A DNA stretch of 64,000 bases from Phoronis australis (Eukaryota; Animalia; Phoronida). Of the stretch, positions 12,901-24,775 are shown in pieces. The stretch is from the NCBI GenBank assembly GCA_002633005.1, contig NMRA01000972.1, positions 1 to 64,000 of the forward strand. Direction: 5' to 3'. The notes beneath the pieces are model-generated. The model did no database searches and was not told where the DNA came from. It saw only the letters and a program-made list of their open reading frames with translations. Every line of letters begins with the position of its first letter. Position 1 is the first letter of the stretch. A program made the position numbers and the translations under genes.

Positions 12901-15191
12901 TACTCGGCACATGTTACAACGGTGATGGTTGGAATGACGACTGATGTGCGATGATGCGCAAAAATAACATTTTTAAGCAACAGGCAATTTTGCACAAGCA
13001 GGTGAGATCCACCTCAATACTTTTGTGATTGTTTCTCGTGTTCATTACCTATAACGAGGGATCATTATTAACTATCATTCGACACCACTGCAAAAGCACC
13101 TGTATACATACTGGTCCAATAACGTTATACATCTGACCAGGAATACAAAACAAATGCAGTGGGATCACAAACATGGATTATGAAAACAAAGGAGCAAGCA
13201 ATTAATCGACATACGATTTTAAATTACAACATGACCCAACCCTATACGTGTAGGGTATTGTTGCGTTTTACGTGGTAACCCGAAATCTGTATAACGGAAC
13301 TTATCATGGTACCATCATTTCTAGGTTCATCCACTCCTATCTGCAGCTGAATATTTGTTATGAAATAGTACCCACACGAAGCTGCGTACTGAAAACTAAA
13401 TGAATGGATTTTATAAATTGCTTTTATACAATACTGCGACGAAGCATCTCTAACATAAATTATTAAAAAGAGACGTTATATTTAAGTTTGGATCAGACCA
13501 GCGCTAAGCAGGATACCATAAGTCCTTAGAAAGCTCATTGGCATGTTCAATGTCAGAATAATACCTTTTACTGAAAAGCAATAAAATCATACGAAAAAAG
13601 ATTGGCTTCAAGCTAATGTGGATGAACCACATTTTGACCAGGCTAAGATGTCATCTCGTTAACATATTTTAAAACACCCATTGGAAGGTTGCTATCATAT
13701 TACACCTGTATCATGATGTTCAACCGAGTTGGCTGATGTTTGTTTCCCCAACCGTGAGAGACGCACTGAACAGCGAAAGAAATAAGCCACGCCCCGTTTC
13801 ATTTATTACAAGGTTGGCGATATCGCAGCACGCAACAGGTGTAGAAAAACTACTTTTTAAGCGATCATTTATTGCGTTGCTGAGCAGCAGAAACCGTCAC
13901 ACGATCACTTATTTTTTTCATTTATAAGCTTGCCTCTTTTCAGTATTTAAATCAGCAATTAGAAATTGAAAAACAACGGCATTTTGTGAGATAAGAAACA
14001 TTATGGACGTTTGCCCCCTTTCGAGGACGTCGAGGTACATCTAAGCTGTCTATACACAACGAGAATCACATGTTGGTTTTCCACGTGCAGGGCTATAGGG
14101 CTTACTCGAGGTTAGGGAATGAAATGACAATGGTCTCACTTTTTTTGCTAAATTGGGAAACTTGGGTAAATATTTGAATTTACGCAGTATCATATGCCTT
14201 AATTTGCAACAATTGTGAAACACAAATTTGCATAAAAACCGCATCAGTTGAATGAAGGGGTATGATACGTGAACAGTTGAACAATCCTAAAACATTTGGA
14301 ATCGAGTTTCTTGAAACTGTCGCGTCTAGGAAAATGATATTCCTCAACTATAGTTTTTAATGTACCATATCAGTTAAACCAGGTTTAATGTAAATACTTC
14401 TTTAAACTTTATCTTGAAAACGAGGACAACTGAGTATAATCGGTTGTCTTTTTCATTGACTGACCAAAATCTGCACCCCAATGTTTGTTCAGTTTATCTT
14501 CTGAAAATATAACACTAGATTACTTAAAACCATCTGGACGTTGACGATTCAGTCGGTCACATAATGTTTAAAATATTTACGGTACCATTCTATCCCAAAA
14601 TGATATAAAGTATGGTTATACGAAGGTATTATCCTGTCCCATATTGCAAAGGCTATTGTCCCAAAGGCCACATTTCTAATACACAAATCATGGGGTTGAC
14701 TGTCACAAAATATTTCGGTAGACCATTGGCAACTTGACAAAGGAATCAACTCATAAACGGATCCAGGATTAGAAAAAAGGGGTTGACCATGCTACCATCG
14801 TTTGACCCTAACCTATGATCTACCGTAAAGTTTCTAACAGAAGGGCAAGCGTTCATAAATTTCAGACACGCCCCACCATCGTTTATTGGAAACCTGACAT
14901 TAATTGACCAAGCCAAAGGTACGATAACAAACAGCAAAAAATTTTTGGTTCCAAAATCACAAATGAATGATATCAGGCTACAGTAATGAAGATCCGATTT
15001 GTATATCGGAGATTCGGCATGATTTATTTATTGCATACCAGGACGCTATCGGACCTGGTTTTATTAAAAACTTTACTGTAACCAAATCTAACCGAGGGTG
15101 TTTGAGCATGCAAGCAACATATGCTTTTCATGCTCCAACCTTTCACACATGCGCACTCGCTCATTCGCAAACGATTTCCGTCAAAGGATAC

Positions 15192-15417
15192 AATCTAACA
15201 TGTCCTTTATACAGGTCGTCTGCTCAGTCTTGTAGAATCGGTTGAACACCTTCCTCAGATCGTGGTATGAATTGAAATAGGCTGGCAAGCTAAAATTTTT
15301 ATTGCACAGTTCCGGGTGAAAACAAAGACGTAAATGCGCAGGTCCGTCTATGCAAAACGTGAAATTGTTTCCTCCGTGGTCTGGATGAACGCCTTTGGTT
15401 CGAAGGAACCGATCAAG
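15192..15417 (-). CDS. ESRP1: ESRP coding exon 3 (LDRFLRTKG...FTFCIDGPAHLRLCFHPELCNKNFSLPAYFNSYHDLRKVF...IKDMLD)
   Basis: Acceptor tttag, donor T|GTATCCTTT; 226 nt open, phase 0-1. Matches ESRP motifs FC.DG..H.R...HPE and DLRK.F. Confidence 0.92.
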
Positions 15418-16771
15418 CTAAAATATAAAGAAAAAAATTGAATGTTGCTATTCAGTTAATAATGGCCTTGACTGCTACTGTTCGGTCAATAATAACCTGA
15501 TTACTAGATAGACGCAGTTTTGGGCACACACGTTATTTTTACTAATAAAATGACCTGATAATTTCATTTCAAGACGGAGGCAGATTTGGATCCACACGCT
15601 ATTTTTACATGCAAAATGAACTGGATACAAATCTATTTCAAGATGGAGGCAGTTTGGGTTCACACGTTATTTTTGCAAGTACGCAGATAGTTAACGAATA
15701 ACACGTTTTGATAACTTGGCTATTAGCAATGAAACCTTTAGATAGTTTTCAAATTAAAAAAGTGAAATGTAATTTGAGACGTATTTTAATGGATTTTGCA
15801 TTTGAACTCTCATTGAAAGTTAGTAGTCAAATTCTCAAAAATAGACTTTCGCTCAAAACGACAGATCGCAGATTAGTGGTTTAAATCTTAAAATTATTAT
15901 TTGACGAAAATATCGTTAACCAACAACTGTCTACACCGAAAGAAACATTTCCCAAATAAACTATACATCCGGAGCTGTGTTCAGGGATACAGAGAAATTT
16001 TAATAGACAAATAATTTAGCTCGATATATTACGCTGCAACGATTAGTCAACTATGAAACTGAGAGAGATCACAAAGCACACTGGAACAGATATTGGTTGA
16101 GCGACAGTAGCCGGAATATATTAACGCTTGTTCTATCGTTTAAATGGTCATATTGCAGTTGCGAGCAATTTTCCTGACTGGCATCAAATGTCGGTCGTGA
16201 CTGTTTGTTGGGTTGGGGAGTATTTCAATACCGTGTGTAATATTAGATCTGAGTGCTGAATACCCTTCGTTATGTATGATTTCAATAGATTCCTGTCATT
16301 TGGCGAGGAATCTCGTCATAAACCGACGGAGGCCTTTTCTAAAGCCCCTGCACTATTAATCGTCTCGTTTCTCAATTGAATTTTCGTGTTTGGGTGGTAA
16401 TCTTTGACTCACGAGCAAGATACTTCACAGGACATTAAATAGGAGGTTGTTAACATTATTTAGACTTGGGATTACTCAAATTCTTCCATTCAACCCGTCC
16501 AAGAGGCTCACAAAACGTGGGCGAATGTTCGCCACTGTTACAATGCCCCCTTGCCCCGGAGTAAACACGATTCAGTCGCGTTACGCTAGAGTTATCATTA
16601 AAACTCGTCTGATAGTGGCACACAGATAAACGTTTGTGTATTCCCAGTCGTCTTTACAAACTCAACAGTCTATTCAAACTCCACGACGATTGTGAATACC
16701 CACCCGAGCGTAAAGCGATGGGTAACCGCTGCGACCAGTCAAGTATGTCACGAACGCTACATTTCACCTAC

Positions 16772-16915
16772 CTCGTCCAAAACATGTTCTAATGGTTGGC
16801 CATTCTTCACAAAATCTTCCCTCAACCCGGTTTCTTGTAAGCATTCTGGCGATAGTATGTTTTCAGTTAGATCGTTTACCGTGGGCCTCACATAATGGTG
16901 TTGCAAGGCGACTAC
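16772..16915 (-). CDS. ESRP1: ESRP coding exon 2 (VVALQHHYVRPTVNDLTENILSPECLQETGLREDFVKNGQPLEHVLDE), DnaQ-like domain
   Basis: Acceptor caacag, donor GAG|GTAGGT; 144 nt, phase 0-0. VRP...L..EC..ETG motif typical of the ESRP N-domain. Confidence 0.9.
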
Positions 16916-17255
16916 CTGTTGAATTAACCAAGATCATTTGTGAAAGAAACACCGCAGTAAATGAAGTAAGCTCTATCGTGCAACACGAATGTATAAAATA
17001 TTGACAGAAACAGCATGATGTTCCGGCTAACAGCTCTCAACACGTAAAAGATAGAGAGCATATGTCTTAATTTGTACGACACATAATTAAGTTTTACACG
17101 ATGTCGCACCTGCTGGTGACAAATCGTGAGCTTAGCACCTAACTTAAAGATCATTACAATCATTTACTCAACAAAGTGTTATTTTAGAAAACAGAATCAT
17201 ATGGTCACACAATACAGCAATGAACCATATGCGTTATTGTAGTCAGTATTCTTAC

Positions 17256-17381
17256 CTTATTATTCCCGACGTCGTACAATAAATAAACAAACTGTATGAT
17301 CTGATATTCGTCGAAGCCCAACTCCTCTCCGTTTTTCCCTGCAGTTGCACAGTGAGCAATTACTAAATGAGTGGCCGCCAT
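17256..17381 (-). CDS. ESRP1: ESRP1/2 (fusilli) orthologue, coding exon 1 (MAATHLVIAHCATAGKNGEELGFDEYQIIQFVYLLYDVGNNK)
   Basis: ATG at 17381 and donor AAG|GTAAGA; 42 codons, phase 0. Resembles the ESRP N-terminus (YLVVLFGITAG..LGSDEKELI...VVDLANKK). Confidence 0.9.
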
Positions 17382-19772
17382 CCCAAAGGTTAGTACCTGA
17401 ACCCTTCCCGCTACCAATACATAAATAATCCTCGACGTTGTTTTGTTGTCCTTTTCAAACCATGTGTTTCATCTAGATCAGACAAGCCTATTGTGAGAGC
17501 TCGACGCTTATTGGTTCATGCCGGTGAACGTGGCATGGGAGCTGCCAGGGACACTTGCGTGCAGACGATCCACCTTCATCCACGGGCAACAGCTGTTTTC
17601 TTCCGATGCGGGCGACACGTTCGAAGATTATCAATATCTCCGTCCAGTAGAACTGTCTCACAGAAGAGACACACAAGTTAAAAGCGTTGTTTCAGGTGTG
17701 ACAAAGGTCGACTTAATGCCTGGCGTTAATATTTGTAAAGCTGTCCCCAGTAAATCCTGTTTGTTATAGATGTTTAAGCGGTTTCCACAATTGAAGTAAA
17801 GCAACAAATTTGCTCAACCTGTTGCAGCTACCGTATCGATCGGTTAAAGATAACGCGCTGGGAGCCGTGTCACATGGATGCAACAGTCAGTGTGTCGAGT
17901 GAGATTACGGGTTTTAAAGCGAACGAATGCTCTTGTTTGGAGAATCGGTTTGTTCGAATAACAGTAGATAAATGAGTAGCCAAACATACCACAATCGTTG
18001 GCCAGGGCCCTTAGTAGGAGGGTTTGATTGACTAAGGATTATGGGGGGAAGATAGTGCTACTGGGCTGCATTCAACCGCTACATAATTTTTAGTTATGAA
18101 ATTTGATCTCGAACATTATTGAATATGAGGTTTGCTTTGATAAATATTTATCATCTACCCGTCAACGATCGACCAGTATAAAGTCACCCTTTGTTGAGGT
18201 AGTGCTTGTGTCGAATGTTCTAAAGATGAGGGTTGGAATGTTTCCGCAGGCTATGAGTGTGTACGATACAGAACAACAAAATCGTGCTATCGTCAAGTTA
18301 TACCAGTCCTGCACGCTTTGTCGGTGAACCATACATGGTCAGTAGACAATTCCAGTCTTGCAAAACCGGACAAATGGGTCGCCGAAGAATAGAAAACCTT
18401 CAAGCATGATCTGTTCTATCTAAACGAGAGAAATTTCATCACTATTTTCGGAAATCATGAAATTTCGGCAAAATTATCTTTACCCATAATGTTGTGGGTG
18501 AGTTATTTGAAGTGGTACAGTTCTGCACATTGTGAAACTTAGGACCTAGGTCCATTTTCATTAAAGAAATCGCTGCAACACGTCACGGGCGGATCCAGGA
18601 TTAGACAAACAATGCTTTCGACGTAATGCAACCCCAGTCAGTAAAGGAAATATGAAATCTTATGCAGTTCACTAGGCCTGGGATTCGATCGCAAACACTA
18701 TCAGCTCATGCTTTTGGTATGAAATAAAGGAATATTACCAAATAGAGAGTGGTGGATTGTGAAACAATTGCACCAACATAATCAACAAAAATCAAGGGCA
18801 TTTAGTTGAAAAATGTAAAATAGCTCTTTCAAAAAATTCGGTCTGCGAGTTTGTTCTTGAAACTATTAAAAATGTATCAAGTACGACATAGTAGAACAAC
18901 AGTGAAACAATCGGACAGAATCAACAAAAATCCAAGATATGTGACTGAATCTCATAACGTAGCTTTCTCAAAAAAATCAATCGTGTAGGTTCCTCTTGAA
19001 ACTATTCTAATTGATATTCTCTCTATCAAGTACCTAAGCTTCTTTCTAGGTGGCAAATATAAGGACGCGAATAGCGAGATCAACGAGAAATTTCAAATGT
19101 CTCACGGGCGACCTCTTCAGGTGAAATTATTATCGTCCACTCAAGGGGGTCATTTGTAATCTTATCTGTGTCTTGTAAGACAACAGCGGGATGAATTCCC
19201 ATCTTTGTTGGCGTATATTATTATTTGAGTTGACGAAATAACAGCAACACAAACCATAAAAATCACTTTGCATGCACTCAAGTACAAAACAATACAAAAC
19301 AAAGTACACCTGGTTTTATCGGTAAAATCCAATCTAACTAAACTTCTATGAAATAAACAGAAATGTAAACATGTTTAAACTTAACACCATGCTCACTTTT
19401 GGAAAAAAAACAAACGCAGTTAAGATATCTGAAATGTAAATTTTATTTATTGATAACGAAGTAATACGGGATTCGAAAAATACTTAATGCCGATACGAGT
19501 TTTGTCGACAATACAAACTTGGTTACAGAAAACGGGTCCTCTCAGAAATTTACAGGCGAAGGCCAAGAGGCAGAGACGTACTGTTGGAAGCAACGGTGTA
19601 ATTTTGTTAGTTTCTTAAGATTTCTTTCAGCGCAGTTTTCCTCACCTGTCGTGATCAGATTGTCTTTAGTACGCCGGGAAATAATCTCGTTTTTTGAAAG
19701 AAATGTAGGGCTGCTGTTACCAAGTAAGCATAAAACGGGAGTAAGACATAAAAAGAGACGAAACCTGGCGTG

Positions 19773-19913
19773 CGTTCAGTAGACGCTAGGATCTACGCTA
19801 GGACCTAGCTAAAACCTGGTCAAAGTCACGTGTTCTCATTTAAAATACACGGCAATATCTCACGTAATCTCGCGAAGTCTTGCTTTTTAGCGAGGTCCTA
19901 GCGTTACTGAACG
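19773..19913. mobile_element. Small MITE or hairpin element
   Basis: Left CGTTCAGTAGACGCTAGGA..CCTAGCTAAAA versus right (rc) CGTTCAGTAACGCTAGGACCTCGCTAAAA. Confidence 0.6.
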
Positions 19914-21120
19914 GGAGGCTGATACATGTTTTATAATAAAAGGTGTAAAGTATTTCAAACCCAGACTTTAGATTCGTCTGTTCTTCAAGGAGGTGCACGC
20001 GTAATGTAATGTCCTATTGTTTCTTCGGATATAACATGAGTCATCATTTTCAGCTTTGTGTGTTTCTGGCCGTCAGCCAGGATCAAACAAAATGTTACAA
20101 ACTTATTGGCTCAACAACCCATGCCAAATGACGTCGTATGGAGCTTTCAATAACAAAAAACACAAACAAACAAACATAAGAAAAAAATGAATAAAAATAA
20201 CATAACGTGTTGTGAATATCATATTAGAACTAATGCGTTATATTCTTTTGTTCAACTATAAGGCCATGCTCGAATATATGGCTTATTTTACAGATCATAC
20301 GGATTGTCTTACGAAAGAAATCTAAATACTACTACCTGACCAAGTAGGTGAAGAGTTTTCATATTATCTTCACTGGTCTATGGGCCATGTGTTACAAAAC
20401 TACATGTAGGTCTAGTTGTGACCCAACAACAATTGTTGGAAATACAACCAGTTACGTTGTGTTATTCGAGTTGAAATTTGAAAGTTTACGTATTTTGTAG
20501 ACTGAGACTAGTCACACCGGTTAGACAGGTACTCCAATTCGATTTCTGGTTTTGATATGGAACACGTCCGATTTTCACTCGTGAGATTGCCGTTTTATTT
20601 TTGACATAAGTCACAAGACCTCGTGAATGAATCACACGGCGTATCAATAATAGTACGTGCTAAGACGACACACAGATGATCCGATTTAGTAATTCCACAG
20701 TGCTCCGGCCAATTAGCCTCACTCTTAAATGAAAACGTAAACAACAATCCGTCTTATCTCAAGCCACAAACTAATCGTGTCTGACACCAGTTGCAGATAA
20801 AAAAATCGTGTAGCAATTTTTCGTGTGCGAATGTCTTCAACGTTTATGATAAAAGCCAAACAAGTTCGAATGCGCAGGTAGGCGTACTACTTTATATATA
20901 GGTTCTTTATTTTTCAATGCCCAGTTGTTTGAAACAATCCCAAACATGACGTTTTTCCAAATTTTTATCTTGATAAGAGCTCCTCTTTTCTACAAACTCA
21001 TGACTTAAATGTTCTGAGAAAAGTTGCTAGAAACGCCGAAATGAGTTCCTTGATATGAATTAATTTAGACTTGAAAAATTATTGTACTCTCTTCGTGTTA
21101 TATATTGTAATGTGGGCCGG

Positions 21121-21456
21121 AGGCCTGTTACATGAAATAAACCTAACCACCTCTTTGTCTAACGACATTTATTAATAATGTCTTTAAAAACTGAGCCTCT
21201 GTTTCAATGAAAATAAATAGGGAATAGGTCCTTAAACTAGGGGCGTTACATGAAAAGAACCCTATTGGCTTTCAATAATATTGAAAATTCAACGCAGAGT
21301 TTACACTAAATGTGCATCAAAGGACAAAACTGTCTTAGTAATGAAAATACAACACCACAAGAAAGGCAAGTCCGTGTTTTGACGGGTCCACAGATACGAT
21401 GAAAAGTTTAGGAACATAGTTGGGTCCCTATTTGGGACTGTCTCATGCAATCGGGC
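21121..21456. mobile_element. Harbinger-like MITE, copy 1 of a dispersed family
   Basis: Shares 'gggcgtt..atgaaaaga.ccct...tttcaataatattga.aattcaa' and 'ccctatttgggactgt.tcatgcaa.cg.gcacag' with 46851-47256. Confidence 0.6.
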
Positions 21457-21739
21457 ACAGGACAGTATGAACAGGAAGAACGTAACAACAGCATACGGTG
21501 TATAAACTGTCTAAATGTTTCTTAAAGAGACATGCGTGAAACTGTAATAGCGCGGGTGGGCTTTGGTGCTGGGGATCAACTGCAATAGTTTAATACCTTC
21601 ACTGATACAGGATACAAAACTCTGTTTTGGTGTCTTTACTCAAAACTAGTTTTGTCTCGTGCTATTACACGATTATTACCTCCTCTGAGACTGGGGAAAA
21701 TATCATTCAACCTAAATTTATTATAAACCTTTGAGGGAG

Positions 21740-22605
21740 GTCTCTATTCCGAAGGTTCACTACTTCGAAGGTTCACCACTTCTAAGGTTCACTACACCAA
21801 AAATGTCTAAAATTTCGGATTCAGGTGTAATTTACATACTTTTACATAAAAATAACGATACTTTAGTTATTAGATGCACTTAGAGGTGTACCTATACACC
21901 AAAAACAAAGGCGGTTACTAAAACACTTTGTTTGGATTTCATGCGCAATCGAAATTGCCCGCATGTCTTACGAAAAAGGAAAAATGAGTAGGTACTTGCA
22001 TTGTGAAAAGAACACGTCGTAGAAATATTGATGAATTATCAACCACCACACATTCGTCAAATCCATGTCAAGATCGCATCACTGCACAGGGCGACTGAAA
22101 AGTTTAAGGACGCTACGCCTCAACCTCACCCACGGGAAATACGCGCACGGCCGCGTCAAAACTAAATTTAGTTAGTTGCCCTGTTCCTTCCAGTCTTCAC
22201 AAAGTCAGATAGTCCCATTCAGTCAGTTCTCTTGAATTTAAATTCGCCGATGGTCATCCCAGCCCTGCCCGTACCCTAGATGTTGTCCCTGCTCGAGAAT
22301 GAGTCATTAGTTAGATTGGCAGTGATTGGAAGTGAGCCTGTTGATTTGAAAACAATGTAATCAATGTTTTAAGAACTATTCAATTATTGCAATCCTTTAA
22401 ATAGTTTCTAACTGGACATAGATACAATACTTTATTCATGCCAGTTCCTATTCATTTGCAGACAATCGGAGTAATGAGCTGTCGGAATTCTGGTTACGGA
22501 ATTGTGGACATTCGAACTAGTGAATTTTCGAAGGTAGCGAACCTTCGGAGTATTGAACCTTCAGAGTAGCAGACCTACGGAGTAATGAACCTTCGGAATA
22601 GTGAC
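21740..22605. mobile_element. Foldback-like element with inverted terminal arrays of about 17-bp repeats
   Basis: Left array (TCCGAAGGTTCACTACT)x3-4 at about 21745-21800; the same unit inverted x4-5 at about 22515-22602. Confidence 0.75.
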
Positions 22606-23244
22606 ATGTAACGTTGGAAATCTTTCCCGTCAGGATTGTTGCTGGTATGAAGTGTGCGAGACTGTGCACCATTTACAATACTTGACAAGAGAAGACTTTA
22701 GTCATTGACCAACATTTTATTATGTCTGGACATACTTTTACCTTATATTTGATCATGATCGTAAGGGGTGAACTTGCCGTCGCTGTGGACTGAATTTAAC
22801 TGAATAGAAACGCACACACGTGTACACGCATGCATGTCAATCCACCAATCCGCAATCAAAGTTTACATTGGATGAACAACATATCTGAAAATCACTTTCA
22901 ATTCAAAATTTGAAAATGCGTGCACTTTACCGTACTATGCTAGCAAGAATATCAAAATAGCAGATAACAAACCAATTTTCTACTGTTTTGTTTCTTGGTC
23001 GATTTAAGGCATTCACACCGCGCTACTTTTTGGGAGCTCTACCACGCGTGTTCAACGCCTATGAGTAACATAAAGCCTCCTCTAATCGTCTGCACGATCC
23101 TGTCAACTACGCAAACACCACTGGGGCGAAGTTGACCGTATACGGCCCGATGATTACTTGAAGCGCTTTGAATCGGAAGCAAATTCAAAACTATTACTAT
23201 CTTAGTTATCATTGTAGATAGTAGCACCAGTAGCTGCAACAATT

Positions 23245-23290
23245 TTGTTGTTGTTGTTGTTGTTGTTGTTGTTTGTTGTTGTTGTTGTTG
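23245..23290. repeat. (GTT)n microsatellite
   Basis: Direct reading. Confidence 0.95.
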
Positions 23291-23729
23291 TCCATCTATA
23301 TCCTATCTTTAACGGATAGGCCGGGGCTGGACCTTTTCTGCGGGGGGGGGGTTTCAATCGAACCCCCTGAACCCCCTGGCTACGGACCTGAATTTCTCAA
23401 AAAAAATCTAAGAGCAATTTGGAGTATAATTGAACACCACTATGCCTTTACAACTAATTTCAAATATCTAGGACTTATTCGGACTGGATGCTGCTTGAAG
23501 TCGCCATTGTTTCGTTTACATCAATGGTCAAATGTCACATTTTCTCGCTTTCTAGGCCTCTTTAAGGATACATGGACCATGAAAAAGACAAAAGAAACGT
23601 CAGTCAATAACCGAGGATAAAGGGATTCAAAGTCTGGTGTTACTTTCGTTTCGTTCTTACACATCATAACTGAAATCACAATGACGACCGTGATTTCACC
23701 ATAAGGCAATTTTTCGAAACATGCATCGC

Positions 23730-24775
23730 AACACACACACACACACACACNNNNNNNNNNNNNNNNNNNNNNNNNNNNNNNNNNNNNNNNNNNNNNNNNN
23801 NNNNNNNNNNNNNNNNNNNNNNNNNNNNNNNNNNNNNNNNNNNNNNNNNNNNNNNNNNNNNNNNNNNNNNNNNNNNNNNNNNNNNNNNNNNNNNNNNNNN
23901 NNNNNNNNNNNNNNNNNNNNNNNNNNNNNNNNNNNNNNNNNNNNNNNNNNNNNNNNNNNNNNNNNNNNNNNNNNNNNNNNNNNNNNNNNNNNNNNNNNNN
24001 NNNNNNNNNNNNNNNNNNNNNNNNNNNNNNNNNNNNNNNNNNNNNNNNNNNNNNNNNNNNNNNNNNNNNNNNNNNNNNNNNNNNNNNNNNNNNNNNNNNN
24101 NNNNNNNNNNNNNNNNNNNNNNNNNNNNNNNNNNNNNNNNNNNNNNNNNNNNNNNNNNNNNNNNNNNNNNNNNNNNNNNNNNNNNNNNNNNNNNNNNNNN
24201 NNNNNNNNNNNNNNNNNNNNNNNNNNNNNNNNNNNNNNNNNNNNNNNNNNNNNNNNNNNNNNNNNNNNNNNNNNNNNNNNNNNNNNNNNNNNNNNNNNNN
24301 NNNNNNNNNNNNNNNNNNNNNNNNNNNNNNNNNNNNNNNNNNNNNNNNNNNNNNNNNNNNNNNNNNNNNNNNNNNNNNNNNNNNNNNNNNNNNNNNNNNN
24401 NNNNNNNNNNNNNNNNNNNNNNNNNNNNNNNNNNNNNNNNNNNNNNNNNNNNNNNNNNNNNNNNNNNNNNNNNNNNNNNNNNNNNNNNNNNNNNNNNNNN
24501 NNNNNNNNNNNNNNNNNNNNNNNNNNNNNNNNNNNNNNNNNNNNNNNNNNNNNNNNNNNNNNNNNNNNNNNNNNNNNNNNNNNNNNNNNNNNNNNNNNNN
24601 NNNNNNNNNNNNNNNNNNNNNNNNNNNNNNNNNNNNNNNNNNNNNNNNNNNNNNNNNNNNNNNNNNNNNNNNNNNNNNNNNNNNNNNNNNNNNNNNNNNN
24701 NNNNNNNNNNNNNNNNNNNNNNNNNNNNNNNNNCACACACACACACACGCACACGCACACGCACACACGCACACA
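23730..24775. repeat. (CA)n microsatellite flanking an assembly gap
   Basis: CA repeats on both sides of the N-run 23751-24733. Confidence 0.85.

Larger units (their letters stand above)
7573..15191 (-). other. U12-type (minor spliceosome) GT-AG intron, 7619 nt
   Basis: 5' splice site GTATCCTTTG; branch box TTTCCTTGAC at 7587-7596 with the branch A about 15 nt from the AG; weak pyrimidine tract. The join T|AT = Tyr keeps the frame. Confidence 0.9.

Noticed and set aside
17397-19646. Possible ESRP 5' UTR intron (donor CAG|GTGAGG at 19640-19645 to a CAG at 17397-17399)
   Set aside because: The acceptor lacks a pyrimidine tract (purine-rich upstream); it cannot be supported without transcripts.
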